Part shown: positions 37,426 to 46,506 of the stretch, in pieces
How the letters are laid out: each line of letters opens with the position of its first letter
How positions within the stretch are numbered: position 1 is the first letter of the stretch
Source: Sphingobacterium sp.
Lineage (GTDB): Bacteria; Bacteroidota; Bacteroidia; Sphingobacteriales; Sphingobacteriaceae
Length of the DNA stretch: 64,000 nucleotides
Assembly (NCBI GenBank): GCA_031253985.1
Contig: JAIRVH010000206.1
Coordinates: 40,079 to 104,078 of the forward strand
Direction: 5' to 3'
Notes under the pieces: generated by a model
The model's input: the letters and a program-made list of their open reading frames with translations, nothing else
What the model was told of the DNA's origin: nothing
The model's database searches: none
Made by a program: the position numbers and the translations under genes

Positions 37426-39621
37426 CTATGCGGGTACTTTTCTGGATTTTTCGCGCTCCCAAAATCGGTGCTTAGCAATGGCTTTGATAAACTTGTCTGC
37501 TAGGGACTTCGCATCTTTATCAACTATTATACCTTCGTCAAGAACCGTTTCTGCTGAAAATTCCTGGTATATTTTACTGAAAAAATAAGTTGCTTCCAAT
37601 ACGGGACTAGCTTCCACATCTGCAGCAATTGCTTTACAATGCTTGAACGCTTCGTTTAGAAAATGAACTGCATCCGCATTCGACTGCAAAGTAACGACAC
37701 TGTTTTTCCCTCCGGGAATATAGATCGCATCATAGAGTACGGACGCTCCCGTCAAGAAACTTTCCTCGACGGGAATCTGCTTTTTATCTGAGCCCGTAAC
37801 CTGCCCTAACTTGGGCGCAATAACATGGATGATTCCCCCTTCTGCACGAATAGCGTCTGCCACTAGTTTGAATGAATTAGCATCAACGCCGTCTGCAGCA
37901 AGTACGGCAATCTTCCGGCTCTTTATGCTGTCTTTTATGGTATTCTCCATACTTAATGCGGCTGATTTTTTCAATTTTTCCTTTACCTGAATAGGTTCAT
38001 AGTCCGCGGGATCAGCATCCGCAGGAAGACTTTTATTTATGGGCTTTTCAAGCTCTTCTTGAACCTGTAATCCCAAGGCGAATGCAACTTCAGCGGCCAG
38101 CCCCTTATCTACGAGAGACAGTATACCAATCATCCGCTGTCTCACTGGAACTGATTTAACTTTGCCAAGTTCAAAACTAAAAGCATCAATAAGGTGATTT
38201 CTTTCCGGTTCGGATTGACTATTATAGAACAGCCTTGCCTGGCTGAAATGATCGCGGAAGCTTTCACTTCTGGCACGGACTTTTCGAGCATCGATGCGTT
38301 CATGATAGCTTTTAAAACCACCTTCGGCCTCCTTTACCTGCACCGGATCATTATTTCCTAGTGAATTTGGACCATAACTCGTTTTTCCACGATCAATTCT
38401 TTGTCGCATAAATCCGTCACGCTGATTGTTATGCGAAGGACTGATGGGTCTATTAATCGGAATTTCGTGAAAATTGGGACCACCTAACCGAATAAGCTGG
38501 GTGTCTGTGTAGGAAAATAACCGTCCCTGTAACAAAGGGTCATTTGTAAAATCAATACCTGGTACAATATTGCCGATATGAAAAGCAACCTGTTCAGTTT
38601 CGGCGAAGAAATTATCTGGATTGCGATTCAATGTCATTTTTCCAATCGGCCGAACAGGTACAAGTTCTTCAGGAACCAGCTTGGTCGGATCCAATAGGTC
38701 GAAATCATATTTAAATTCGTCAGATTCGGGGATGATCTGTACGCCAAGTTCCCATTCGGGAAAGGCACCGCTTTCAATAGCATCCCAAAGATCTCTCCGA
38801 TGAAAATCGGGATCCTTACCAGATATATTTTGAGCTTCGTCCCATGCGACCGAATGGACTCCAAGCAAAGGCTTCCAATGAAATTTGACAAAATGCGATT
38901 CACCTTTGGCATTGATAAACCGAAAAGTGTGAACACCAAATCCCTCCATCATCCGATAACTTCGCGGTATTGCCCGATCACTCATCAACCACATGACCAT
39001 ATGTGCTGATTCTGGCATCAGGGAAATGAAGTCCCAAAATGTATCATGCGCCGAAGCTGCCTGTGGGATTTCATTGTCAGGTTCAGGTTTGACCGCATGA
39101 ACAAGATCGGGAAATTTCATGGCATCCTGAATAAAAAAGACCGGCATATTGTTGCCGACCAAATCGAAATTACCTTCTTCAGTATAAAATTTGACTGCAA
39201 AACCGCGTACATCGCGGGCTAGATCGGTCGATCCTCTTGATCCAGCAACCGTAGAGAATCGCACAAACACAGGTGTTTCAGTTTCCGTATCATTCAGAAA
39301 ACCTGCTTTTGTCAAATCAGCTAAAGGCTCATATAATTTGAAAACACCATGGGCGCCGGAACCTCTAGCGTGCACCACACGTTCGGGAATACGTTCGTGG
39401 TCAAAATGGGTAATTTTCTCACGGAGAATGAAATCTTCCAGGAGTGTAGCTCCCCGGTCCCCCGCACGCAGGGAGTTTTGATCATCATTGATTTTGACTC
39501 CTTGATCCGTTGTCATCTGCTGACCTGTGGCGTCTGCCGTATGCGGTCTTAACGCGCTGACTTTTCGATTTTCAACTTGTTCAACCTTTTCAGTTTTCAA
39601 ATCTTTCTTTTTCATCATCAT
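37426..39621 (-). CDS. katE: large-subunit (HPII-type) monofunctional catalase with C-terminal DJ-1-like domain
   Basis: 731 aa. FDHERIPERVVHARGSGAHG, RLFSYTDTQLIRLGGPNF, and a C-terminal flavodoxin/DJ-1-like ~150 aa. Confidence 0.95.
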   Translation of the reverse strand: MMMKKKDLKTEKVEQVENRKVSALRPHTADATGQQMTTDQGVKINDDQNSLRAGDRGATLLEDFILREKITHFDHERIPERVVHARGSGAHGVFKLYEPLADLTKAGFLNDTETETPVFVRFSTVAGSRGSTDLARDVRGFAVKFYTEEGNFDLVGNNMPVFFIQDAMKFPDLVHAVKPEPDNEIPQAASAHDTFWDFISLMPESAHMVMWLMSDRAIPRSYRMMEGFGVHTFRFINAKGESHFVKFHWKPLLGVHSVAWDEAQNISGKDPDFHRRDLWDAIESGAFPEWELGVQIIPESDEFKYDFDLLDPTKLVPEELVPVRPIGKMTLNRNPDNFFAETEQVAFHIGNIVPGIDFTNDPLLQGRLFSYTDTQLIRLGGPNFHEIPINRPISPSHNNQRDGFMRQRIDRGKTSYGPNSLGNNDPVQVKEAEGGFKSYHERIDARKVRARSESFRDHFSQARLFYNSQSEPERNHLIDAFSFELGKVKSVPVRQRMIGILSLVDKGLAAEVAFALGLQVQEELEKPINKSLPADADPADYEPIQVKEKLKKSAALSMENTIKDSIKSRKIAVLAADGVDANSFKLVADAIRAEGGIIHVIAPKLGQVTGSDKKQIPVEESFLTGASVLYDAIYIPGGKNSVVTLQSNADAVHFLNEAFKHCKAIAADVEASPVLEATYFFSKIYQEFSAETVLDEGIIVDKDAKSLADKFIKAIAKHRFWEREKSRKVPA

Positions 39622-39764
39622 CGATTTATGGTTTTATAAATTAATAACTTCCTTAAACTTTGGAAAAATTTTGATTGCATGTTTCATCATATACATTCGG
39701 AGAAACAACAAGACTTGTTTCCTTATAGGAACTTTTCCAATCCACTATTCGTTTGTTTTAATTC

Positions 39765-39772
39765 CAAAAGTA
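39765..39772 (-). promoter_or_regulatory. candidate -7 box for katE
   Basis: Plus-strand caaaagta is the reverse complement of TACTTTTG, 144 nt upstream of the katE ATG. Confidence 0.3.
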
Positions 39773-39919
39773 TTTTTAAGGTTTTCCTGGGAAGTTGGAG
39801 TGACTGTTAATCATGTAGCGACTGCTGATCAAGAAAAAGTGTGAGGCGGCAAAAGCGTGTGGAAAAAAAAGGAAATTTAAACGTTTTGAATAAGGCGTTT
39901 AAAATAGATACTACAAAAA

Positions 39920-39964
39920 GGTTCAAACAGAAACAGGAGCCTTGATAGCTCCTGTTTCTGTTTA
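39920..39964 (-). terminator. rho-independent terminator after the phytochrome gene
   Basis: 16-bp stem aaacagaaacaggagc / gctcctgtttctgttt. It separates the kinase gene from katE. Confidence 0.7.
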
Positions 39965-39983
39965 TCCAATAATCACTTTATCA

Positions 39984-42158
39984 TTAAACTTTAAATTTGA
40001 CACAGAAGGTTGTGCCGATATGAAGTTGGCTTTCAACGGTAACTTTTGCATCAAGACGATCTGCTATACGTTTGACGATGGAAAGCCCGATCCCTGATCC
40101 TTCAAAGCCCTGCGAGTTAGGAAGTCGTTTAAAGATTTCGAATATATTACTGTCCTCCTTAATATCCATACCGATCCCATTGTCTTTAATATAGTAATAA
40201 ACTGAATGTCCGTGTTTTTCACTATAAACTTCGACCTTTGGCTGTTCTTTTTTACTGCTATATTTTATCGCGTTTCCGATTAGATTTAAAAACAGCTGAT
40301 ATAAAAGTGTTCTTTCTCCGAGAATTGGCCACGTTTCCCCTAAAACAAACTCCAGCCTTGCGCTTTCAAACTGCTGCTTGCAGCTCTCGAGAATATTGAG
40401 AATTTTGTTTCGAGGATCTATCAGCTCTGTTTTAAAGGCTACATAATTAGACTGGGTAAGCTGATAAACCTTGTCCATCATTTCTGTTATCAATCCGGTG
40501 GCATCCATGATATTCGTTGCCATTTTTCGTAACATCTCTTTCGGAAGATCATCTTTTATCAACATCATCTGTGCAGCAAGCTTTATCGACGAAAGGGGGT
40601 TTTTAAGATCGTGGGTCAATGTATAGCCAAATGTGTCTAAGGCATTATTTGATCTTACGAGTTCCTTGTTAAGCTGGGCAATCTCACCTCCCCGTTGCGC
40701 AATAGCCTGTTGCGTTATCTGTGCGACTTTCTCCATAAAAGAAAGCTCTGCTTTCTTCCATTTAACAGATTTGCCTTTCATCTTCTCACGCCAAGCTTCA
40801 AATGATGTCCTGGGTGACGGAAACTTTACTTCCCTTTCAGGATCATAATGATATATTTTTTCGGGTTTTCCTGCCCACACATCTTCGTAAACATGCTCTT
40901 TACGAAATAAATAGATATGCCATTTATTGCTGGGAAGAATATTTATCCGGAGAATACCCGGGAATATGACCGATTGTTCCAGAGCATCATCCCCGTAAAC
41001 AAAATTTGACGTAAAAAATAAGTCACCATCGCCTTGTGTTTCTATATACTGATCAATCTGACGCTGCTGTAATTCTGCTGGTACCTCACCCCAGGTTTTG
41101 TAACCACGATCGTGTTTGATCATCAATCCATCGGCACCAACAATTTCCAAGATTTGGGGTGCAAAGCGCTCAAGCACGACTCCAATATCACTGTTTACTA
41201 ATAATTCAGACTTCAGATCTCGTTCCATCACGCCCATTATCGTTTGGGCCACAAGGTTTTCTTTTTGATGTTCTGAAAGGTAATAGTTGATGGCGTATTG
41301 TGTCAAGAACGCGCATAAATGACGTTGGGCAAGGTCAACATTTAAAGGCAGACTATTCTGACAGGCCACCAATCCCCAAAGTTTTCCTTCGATAACGATC
41401 GAAAAACTGGCGCTGGCGCGCGCGCCAGCATTCTTAAGATACTGTAAATGTACCGGAGACAATGCCCTGAGGCTACAACGCGTAAGATCAATTTCTCCCG
41501 GCTCCAAGCCTTTTATAGCAATAGTCGGCGCATCGATATCCGCAACATGCCGCGCAAGGAATTTGACGTAGAGTGCTCTTGCTTGCGCAGGAATATCAAA
41601 TTCTGGATAGCGATATCCCATCAGTGAGCTCATTCCATCTGCCAGCGACTCTGCAATTACCTGCCCGCTATTGTCCTCTTCGAAACGGTATACCATAACA
41701 CGATCAAAACCAATAATCTGGCGTATCAATACCGTTAATGATTGCCAGGCATTGCCATGCTGCTCTTCTAGATATTTCGCATAATAGAATAAACGGGTCG
41801 CTTTTAAATGATTTTCACTACAGATCTCAACTTCAACGTATGTTTTGTCATCATACTGGTAGATGCTTAGATAATAATCCACACCTTTGATACGGATACG
41901 TTCCACAAAACGGGTAAATATCTCGCCTGTGATCTGTCTTTCAATCTTTTTGAGATTCCACTCTTGCTCTGATGATAACAAAGGCAATAGCTCATCGATC
42001 GATCTCCCCAAGATTTCCTTTATAGGAATTTCCAGTACGGAAGATAGGTTCTCACTTGCGGCAATACATCCGCCCTCATCAAAAATACAAAGGAAACCGA
42101 AAAATTGAATTTTACCACATAAGTGGATTTCTTCTTCGTGACACTCCAGTTGACGCAT
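39984..42158 (-). CDS. bacteriophytochrome-type sensor histidine kinase (PAS-GAF-PHY-HisKA-HATPase)
   Basis: 724 aa. N-terminal CHEEEIHLCGKIQFFG (compare C-x-x-EPIHxxGxIQPHG), GAF DIPAQARALY and SPVHLQYL, PHY tongue WAG...PRTSF, H-box HDLKNPLSS, and N/G1/G2 boxes NLIGNAIKYS, DNGIGM, GSGIGLS. Confidence 0.85.
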   Translation of the reverse strand: MRQLECHEEEIHLCGKIQFFGFLCIFDEGGCIAASENLSSVLEIPIKEILGRSIDELLPLLSSEQEWNLKKIERQITGEIFTRFVERIRIKGVDYYLSIYQYDDKTYVEVEICSENHLKATRLFYYAKYLEEQHGNAWQSLTVLIRQIIGFDRVMVYRFEEDNSGQVIAESLADGMSSLMGYRYPEFDIPAQARALYVKFLARHVADIDAPTIAIKGLEPGEIDLTRCSLRALSPVHLQYLKNAGARASASFSIVIEGKLWGLVACQNSLPLNVDLAQRHLCAFLTQYAINYYLSEHQKENLVAQTIMGVMERDLKSELLVNSDIGVVLERFAPQILEIVGADGLMIKHDRGYKTWGEVPAELQQRQIDQYIETQGDGDLFFTSNFVYGDDALEQSVIFPGILRINILPSNKWHIYLFRKEHVYEDVWAGKPEKIYHYDPEREVKFPSPRTSFEAWREKMKGKSVKWKKAELSFMEKVAQITQQAIAQRGGEIAQLNKELVRSNNALDTFGYTLTHDLKNPLSSIKLAAQMMLIKDDLPKEMLRKMATNIMDATGLITEMMDKVYQLTQSNYVAFKTELIDPRNKILNILESCKQQFESARLEFVLGETWPILGERTLLYQLFLNLIGNAIKYSSKKEQPKVEVYSEKHGHSVYYYIKDNGIGMDIKEDSNIFEIFKRLPNSQGFEGSGIGLSIVKRIADRLDAKVTVESQLHIGTTFCVKFKV

Positions 42159-42384
42159 ACTTTGCTAGTTTTTAATCTTTTAATTTGCTATTAATAGGAA
42201 ATTCTCGAAAGAGATAATTTGCCATCATTATAAATCTAGCACCCCTCTTCAAACATGTCATATCTAGGGCTAATATATAAAAAAATAACGACGAAAAACG
42301 GATCAAACGATTGTCCAATGTTTATTCAGGAACTTGAATAATTCAATGGACTGATATTAATGCTTATTCATAGACTATTTCAGT

Positions 42385-42422
42385 AGAAAATAAAAAAGCT
42401 AGGTTGGAAAGGCCCTAGCTTT
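42385..42422 (-). terminator. rho-independent terminator of the trehalose operon
   Basis: The minus strand reads aaagctaggg-loop-cctagctttttt atttt. Confidence 0.7.
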
Positions 42423-42551
42423 AAAACTTTCTTCATGACCGGACAAGCAGTCTTTATTAATGAACAATACTTTTTACCACTTTGTTTTGATTTTTCTTCT
42501 CATATTCACAATTACCCATTCAATCGACAGCAATGATCCTTGTAAGCCAAT

Positions 42552-44375
42552 TTATTTGCATACAGAGGTATAAACATTTCCTGACCAGGGTAATAAAGAC
42601 ACGTTTGCGCTATCAGAAGCAACAGTATCCATAGAAATCCCGTTAGTCATTTTATACGTATCAAATAATAATTTCCATTGCAAATCTGTAGATAGCTTTA
42701 TTTGCTGTGTATGGTCCGAAAAGTTCATGATGATACACATACAGCTATCGTCTTTTTTGACGTGTAGGAGAAGTATATTTTTATCATGCAAACTTTCAAC
42801 AGTCAACTCATCCCGCTGCAGATTTTTCATTAATGGATTCGTTTTCCGGAATGCTATCAATGATTTATAATACAACAAATGTTGCTGATATGATTCAAGA
42901 TTAAGTTCGTCCCAATCCAGGACCGCCTTTCTAAATATCGCTTCATCCTGCGGGTCAGGAATTTGAGAATCGGTAAGAAAATCTCTAAACTCTTGTTTTC
43001 TACCCGCTCTCACCAACTCAACAAGTTCGGGATCACCATGACTGACAAAATAAGGAAATGCGCTTTCTGTGCCCCACTCCTCGCCCATGAACAGTAAAGG
43101 AAGATAAGGGGACATGAAAACGGCAAAAGCCATGAGCCGCGTTCTTTCTTGCGGGTAAAGCGAGGCGGCACGATCGCCCAACATTCTATTGCCGACCTGA
43201 TCATGGTTTTGACAGAAAACAATGAATCGATCACCGCTAATGCCGTTGGCGTCTGTTCCAAAGAATTTTTCTCGATGGAAAGAATAATTACCATCAAAAA
43301 CGTAAGCTTTTTCATAGGCCTTTGCGAGATCATCCAATCCGTTAAACTCCTCATAATACCCTCTTTTGGCTTCGCCTACTGCTACTCGCAGCGCGTGATG
43401 AAATTCATCTAGCCATTGAGCATCCATACCAAAGCCATTTTTTGCCAAAGGGTCCAGAAATCGTCTATCATTGAGATCACACTCAACGAATAGATAACGG
43501 TCTTTACCTGATGTAGCGATAATATCATCAGTTTCTTTACGAATTTCCTGCAGGATATGGTGCGCACTAAAATCTTTAATTGCGTGTACAGCGTCCATCC
43601 GAAGAGCATCGATATGAAAGTCTTCCAGCCACATCCGTACATTATTTAGCACAAAGTCCCGCTGCCCATGACAGAATCGGTCGTCATAGTTGAGGGCCTC
43701 TCCCCAAGGGGTGTGATATTTATCAGTAAAATACGGGCCGAAATTAGGCAAATAATTTCCCTCTGGTCCGATGTGATTATAAACTACATCCAAAATAACA
43801 GCCATATTAACCTCATGGCAAGCATCAACCAGCCTTTGGAGTTCAGCGGCACCACCATAAGAATCCTGTACGGCAAACGGAAAAACACCATCGTAACCCC
43901 AATTTCTTTCACCGGGAAACTGCGCGACCGGCATGATTTCTATCGCCGTGATACCCAAATTTTTTAGGTAGGGGATCTTCCTAATGACCCCATCAAAATC
44001 ATGAGATGAAGTAAATGTACCCACATGAAGCTCGTAGATAATGAAATCGGACTGAGCTGCTGGTTGATAACTTTGGTCGGTCCAGGGGAATTCAAGATCG
44101 ACAGCTTGAGAAGGCCCATGAACCCCCTTTGGCTGTGCGCGTGAGGCCGGATCAGGAAATTCTTTGCCGTCCACACTAATTTTATAGAAATCTCCAGCAG
44201 CGATTAAATTACTTTCTACGTACCAATAGCCATATTGCTCCGGATGAAGTGTAATCTCCTCACCATTCTCAGCAAGTCGACAACTCACATTTTTTGCCAT
44301 GGGTGCCCATACACGAATCTGACATAGGTCACCCCTGAAACGAATTCCAATGTGATTAACGCCTGTTTTCCTCAT
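42552..44375 (-). CDS. treZ: malto-oligosyltrehalose trehalohydrolase
   Basis: 607 aa, GH13. PDPASRAQPKGVHGPSQAVD, ILDVVYNHIGPEGNY, DALRMDAVHAI. Confidence 0.9.
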   Translation of the reverse strand: MRKTGVNHIGIRFRGDLCQIRVWAPMAKNVSCRLAENGEEITLHPEQYGYWYVESNLIAAGDFYKISVDGKEFPDPASRAQPKGVHGPSQAVDLEFPWTDQSYQPAAQSDFIIYELHVGTFTSSHDFDGVIRKIPYLKNLGITAIEIMPVAQFPGERNWGYDGVFPFAVQDSYGGAAELQRLVDACHEVNMAVILDVVYNHIGPEGNYLPNFGPYFTDKYHTPWGEALNYDDRFCHGQRDFVLNNVRMWLEDFHIDALRMDAVHAIKDFSAHHILQEIRKETDDIIATSGKDRYLFVECDLNDRRFLDPLAKNGFGMDAQWLDEFHHALRVAVGEAKRGYYEEFNGLDDLAKAYEKAYVFDGNYSFHREKFFGTDANGISGDRFIVFCQNHDQVGNRMLGDRAASLYPQERTRLMAFAVFMSPYLPLLFMGEEWGTESAFPYFVSHGDPELVELVRAGRKQEFRDFLTDSQIPDPQDEAIFRKAVLDWDELNLESYQQHLLYYKSLIAFRKTNPLMKNLQRDELTVESLHDKNILLLHVKKDDSCMCIIMNFSDHTQQIKLSTDLQWKLLFDTYKMTNGISMDTVASDSANVSLLPWSGNVYTSVCK

Positions 44376-44389
44376 ATACCAGTTCCGTG

Positions 44390-46498
44390 TTATTTTGATT
44401 GAAATAAAAGAATGGAGCGTGAAGGCGCTAAAACAGTATCTCCAGCTGCAAACTGTCCAAAATCTTCTATCGTATCATGATTCGTGTCTAAGATCTTGCA
44501 CCAGCTAACGCCATAATTTTCACTGGGGAGTTTGTACGTCACATCTTCCCAATGCGCGTTAAATAGCAGATAAAAATTAGCATCCACGATCTTCTTTCCA
44601 TCCGTATCAACTGATCTAATGCCTGCACCATTTAAAAATACAGCAAGCGACCGCGCATAATCTTCCTGCCAATGATGGTCGTCCATCTCGGATGCGTCAG
44701 GGAGAAACCAGACGATATCATCAACACCCGTACCGCGGATAGGCAGTCCTTGAAACCATTTGCGGCGACTGAATATCGGATGGTCGCGTCGAAAATGGAT
44801 CAGTTTTTTGGTAAAATCCAATAAGGTGCTATCCGCTTTATTCCAATCCAGCCAAGAGATCTCATTGTCCTGACAATAGGCATTATTGTTACCCTGCTGG
44901 GTTCTTCCCTGTTCATCTCCAGCGACTAGCATTGGTACTCCTTGAGAAAGAAATAAGGTTACCAGCATGTTTCGTTTTTGTTTTTCCCTTAGACTATTTA
45001 CCGCTGGGTCGTCTGTTGGTCCTTCGGCACCACAGTTCCAGGAACGATTGTGGCTTTCTCCATCATTATTGTCCTCACCATTAGCTTCATTGTGCTTATC
45101 GTTATACGATACCAAATCGTGAAGTGTAAAGCCATCATGTGCGGTAATAAAATTGACACTAGCCGAAGGCGTACGATTGTCACCACGGTATAAATCGGAG
45201 GAACCTGTAAGACGATTGGCAAATTCGGCGATCATACTGTCCGCTCCAATCCAGTAATCACGGATACAGTCACGGTACTTTCCATTCCATTCGGCCCAGC
45301 CCGGGGGGAATTCGCCAACCTGATATCCCCCTTCTCCGATATCCCATGGTTCAGCAATTAGTTTAACCTGTGATATCACGGGATCCTGATGAATGACATC
45401 AAAGAAAGAACTTAGTTTGTCGACATCGTGCAGCTCACGTGCCAATGCCGATGCCAGATCAAAGCGAAATCCATCAACGTGCATTTCCTGTACCCAATAA
45501 CGTAAGCTATCCATAATCAACCGCAATACATTTGGCTGGCGGCTATTCAAGGTATTACCAGTTCCTGTAAAATCCATATAGTAACGAGGATCTTCAGCCA
45601 AACGGTAATAAGAAGCATTGTCTATTCCCCTAAAGGAAAGTGTAGGCCCCATCTCATTCCCCTCGCCCGTATGGTTATAAACAACGTCAAGGATAACTTC
45701 TATTCCTGCCGCATGCAGCGCTTTTACCATTTCCTTGAATTCAAAAACCTGCTGTCCATGTGTACCCGAAGCAGAATACCGAACATCAGGGGCGAAAAAA
45801 CCAATACTATTATATCCCCAATAGTTAGTCAGGCCTTTATCTTTTAAGTGACGGTCAGTCAGAAAGTGGTGTATAGGTAATAATTCAACCGCAGTGACAC
45901 CCAATTCTTTCAGGTAATTTATTGCAACTGGGTGCGCCATAGCAGCATAGCTTCCTCTTATTTCTTCCGGAATGTCGGGATGCATCGCTGTAAATCCTTT
46001 TACATGGGCTTCATAAATTACACTTTGATGCATCGGTATACGTGGCGGGCTGTCGTTCCCCCAATCAAATTTATCGTCCGTCACAACGGATTTCGGGACG
46101 AACGGAGCACTGTCAGTTGTGTCTATACTCAAATCGTCATCTCCTATGTTATAGGCGAATAGTGCGTCATTCCATTTTACAGTACCCGAAATTGCCTTTG
46201 CATAAGGATCAATCAACAATTTATGTGGATTAAAACGATGTCCCTGCGCGGGATCATAGGGGCCGCTTACGCGATAGCCGTATAGTTGCCCCGGTTTAAT
46301 CCCCGCGACATAGATATGCCACACCTGATGGGTCTTCTCCGTGAGTTTAAATTTTGCGATTTCGTGCTCATCGGAATTATCATAGAGATAAAGTTCAACA
46401 GCTTCAGCATGTTCGGAGAAAAGGGCAAAGTTAACACCTTCCCCATCATAAGTTGCTCCTAAAGGATAAGGGCTTCCAATAGATATTTTTGTTTCCAT
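44390..46498 (-). CDS. glgX: glycogen debranching enzyme (GlgX/TreX type)
   Basis: 702 aa. YPLGATYDGEGVNFALFS, ILDVVYNHTGEGN, DGFRFDLASAL, IAEPWDIG. Confidence 0.9.
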   Translation of the reverse strand: METKISIGSPYPLGATYDGEGVNFALFSEHAEAVELYLYDNSDEHEIAKFKLTEKTHQVWHIYVAGIKPGQLYGYRVSGPYDPAQGHRFNPHKLLIDPYAKAISGTVKWNDALFAYNIGDDDLSIDTTDSAPFVPKSVVTDDKFDWGNDSPPRIPMHQSVIYEAHVKGFTAMHPDIPEEIRGSYAAMAHPVAINYLKELGVTAVELLPIHHFLTDRHLKDKGLTNYWGYNSIGFFAPDVRYSASGTHGQQVFEFKEMVKALHAAGIEVILDVVYNHTGEGNEMGPTLSFRGIDNASYYRLAEDPRYYMDFTGTGNTLNSRQPNVLRLIMDSLRYWVQEMHVDGFRFDLASALARELHDVDKLSSFFDVIHQDPVISQVKLIAEPWDIGEGGYQVGEFPPGWAEWNGKYRDCIRDYWIGADSMIAEFANRLTGSSDLYRGDNRTPSASVNFITAHDGFTLHDLVSYNDKHNEANGEDNNDGESHNRSWNCGAEGPTDDPAVNSLREKQKRNMLVTLFLSQGVPMLVAGDEQGRTQQGNNNAYCQDNEISWLDWNKADSTLLDFTKKLIHFRRDHPIFSRRKWFQGLPIRGTGVDDIVWFLPDASEMDDHHWQEDYARSLAVFLNGAGIRSVDTDGKKIVDANFYLLFNAHWEDVTYKLPSENYGVSWCKILDTNHDTIEDFGQFAAGDTVLAPSRSILLFQSK

Positions 46499-46506
46499 CT
46501 TACTAT

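Noticed and set aside
39527-39844. 105-aa plus-strand ORF in the katE upstream region.
   Set aside because: It starts inside katE on the opposite strand. The Phe/Ile-rich product reflects the AT-rich promoter DNA, and no signals support it.
42159-42390. Haem oxygenase or response-regulator gene next to the phytochrome.
   Set aside because: The 390-bp upstream gap has no ORF of 60 aa or more, and I saw no convincing smaller ORF. The partner genes must be elsewhere in the genome.
43010-43354. Antisense or alternate-frame ORFs inside large genes. Examples: 43010-43354, 43149-43412, 8018-8371, 9017-9418, 20213-20554, 20860-21273, 24237-24651, 26121-26414, 30877-31230, 38634-38939, 44998-45222.
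   Set aside because: Each lies wholly within a longer ORF that has strong family motifs. Their products are low-complexity or Cys/Arg/Ser-rich, as expected for shadow frames. None has independent start or terminator signals.
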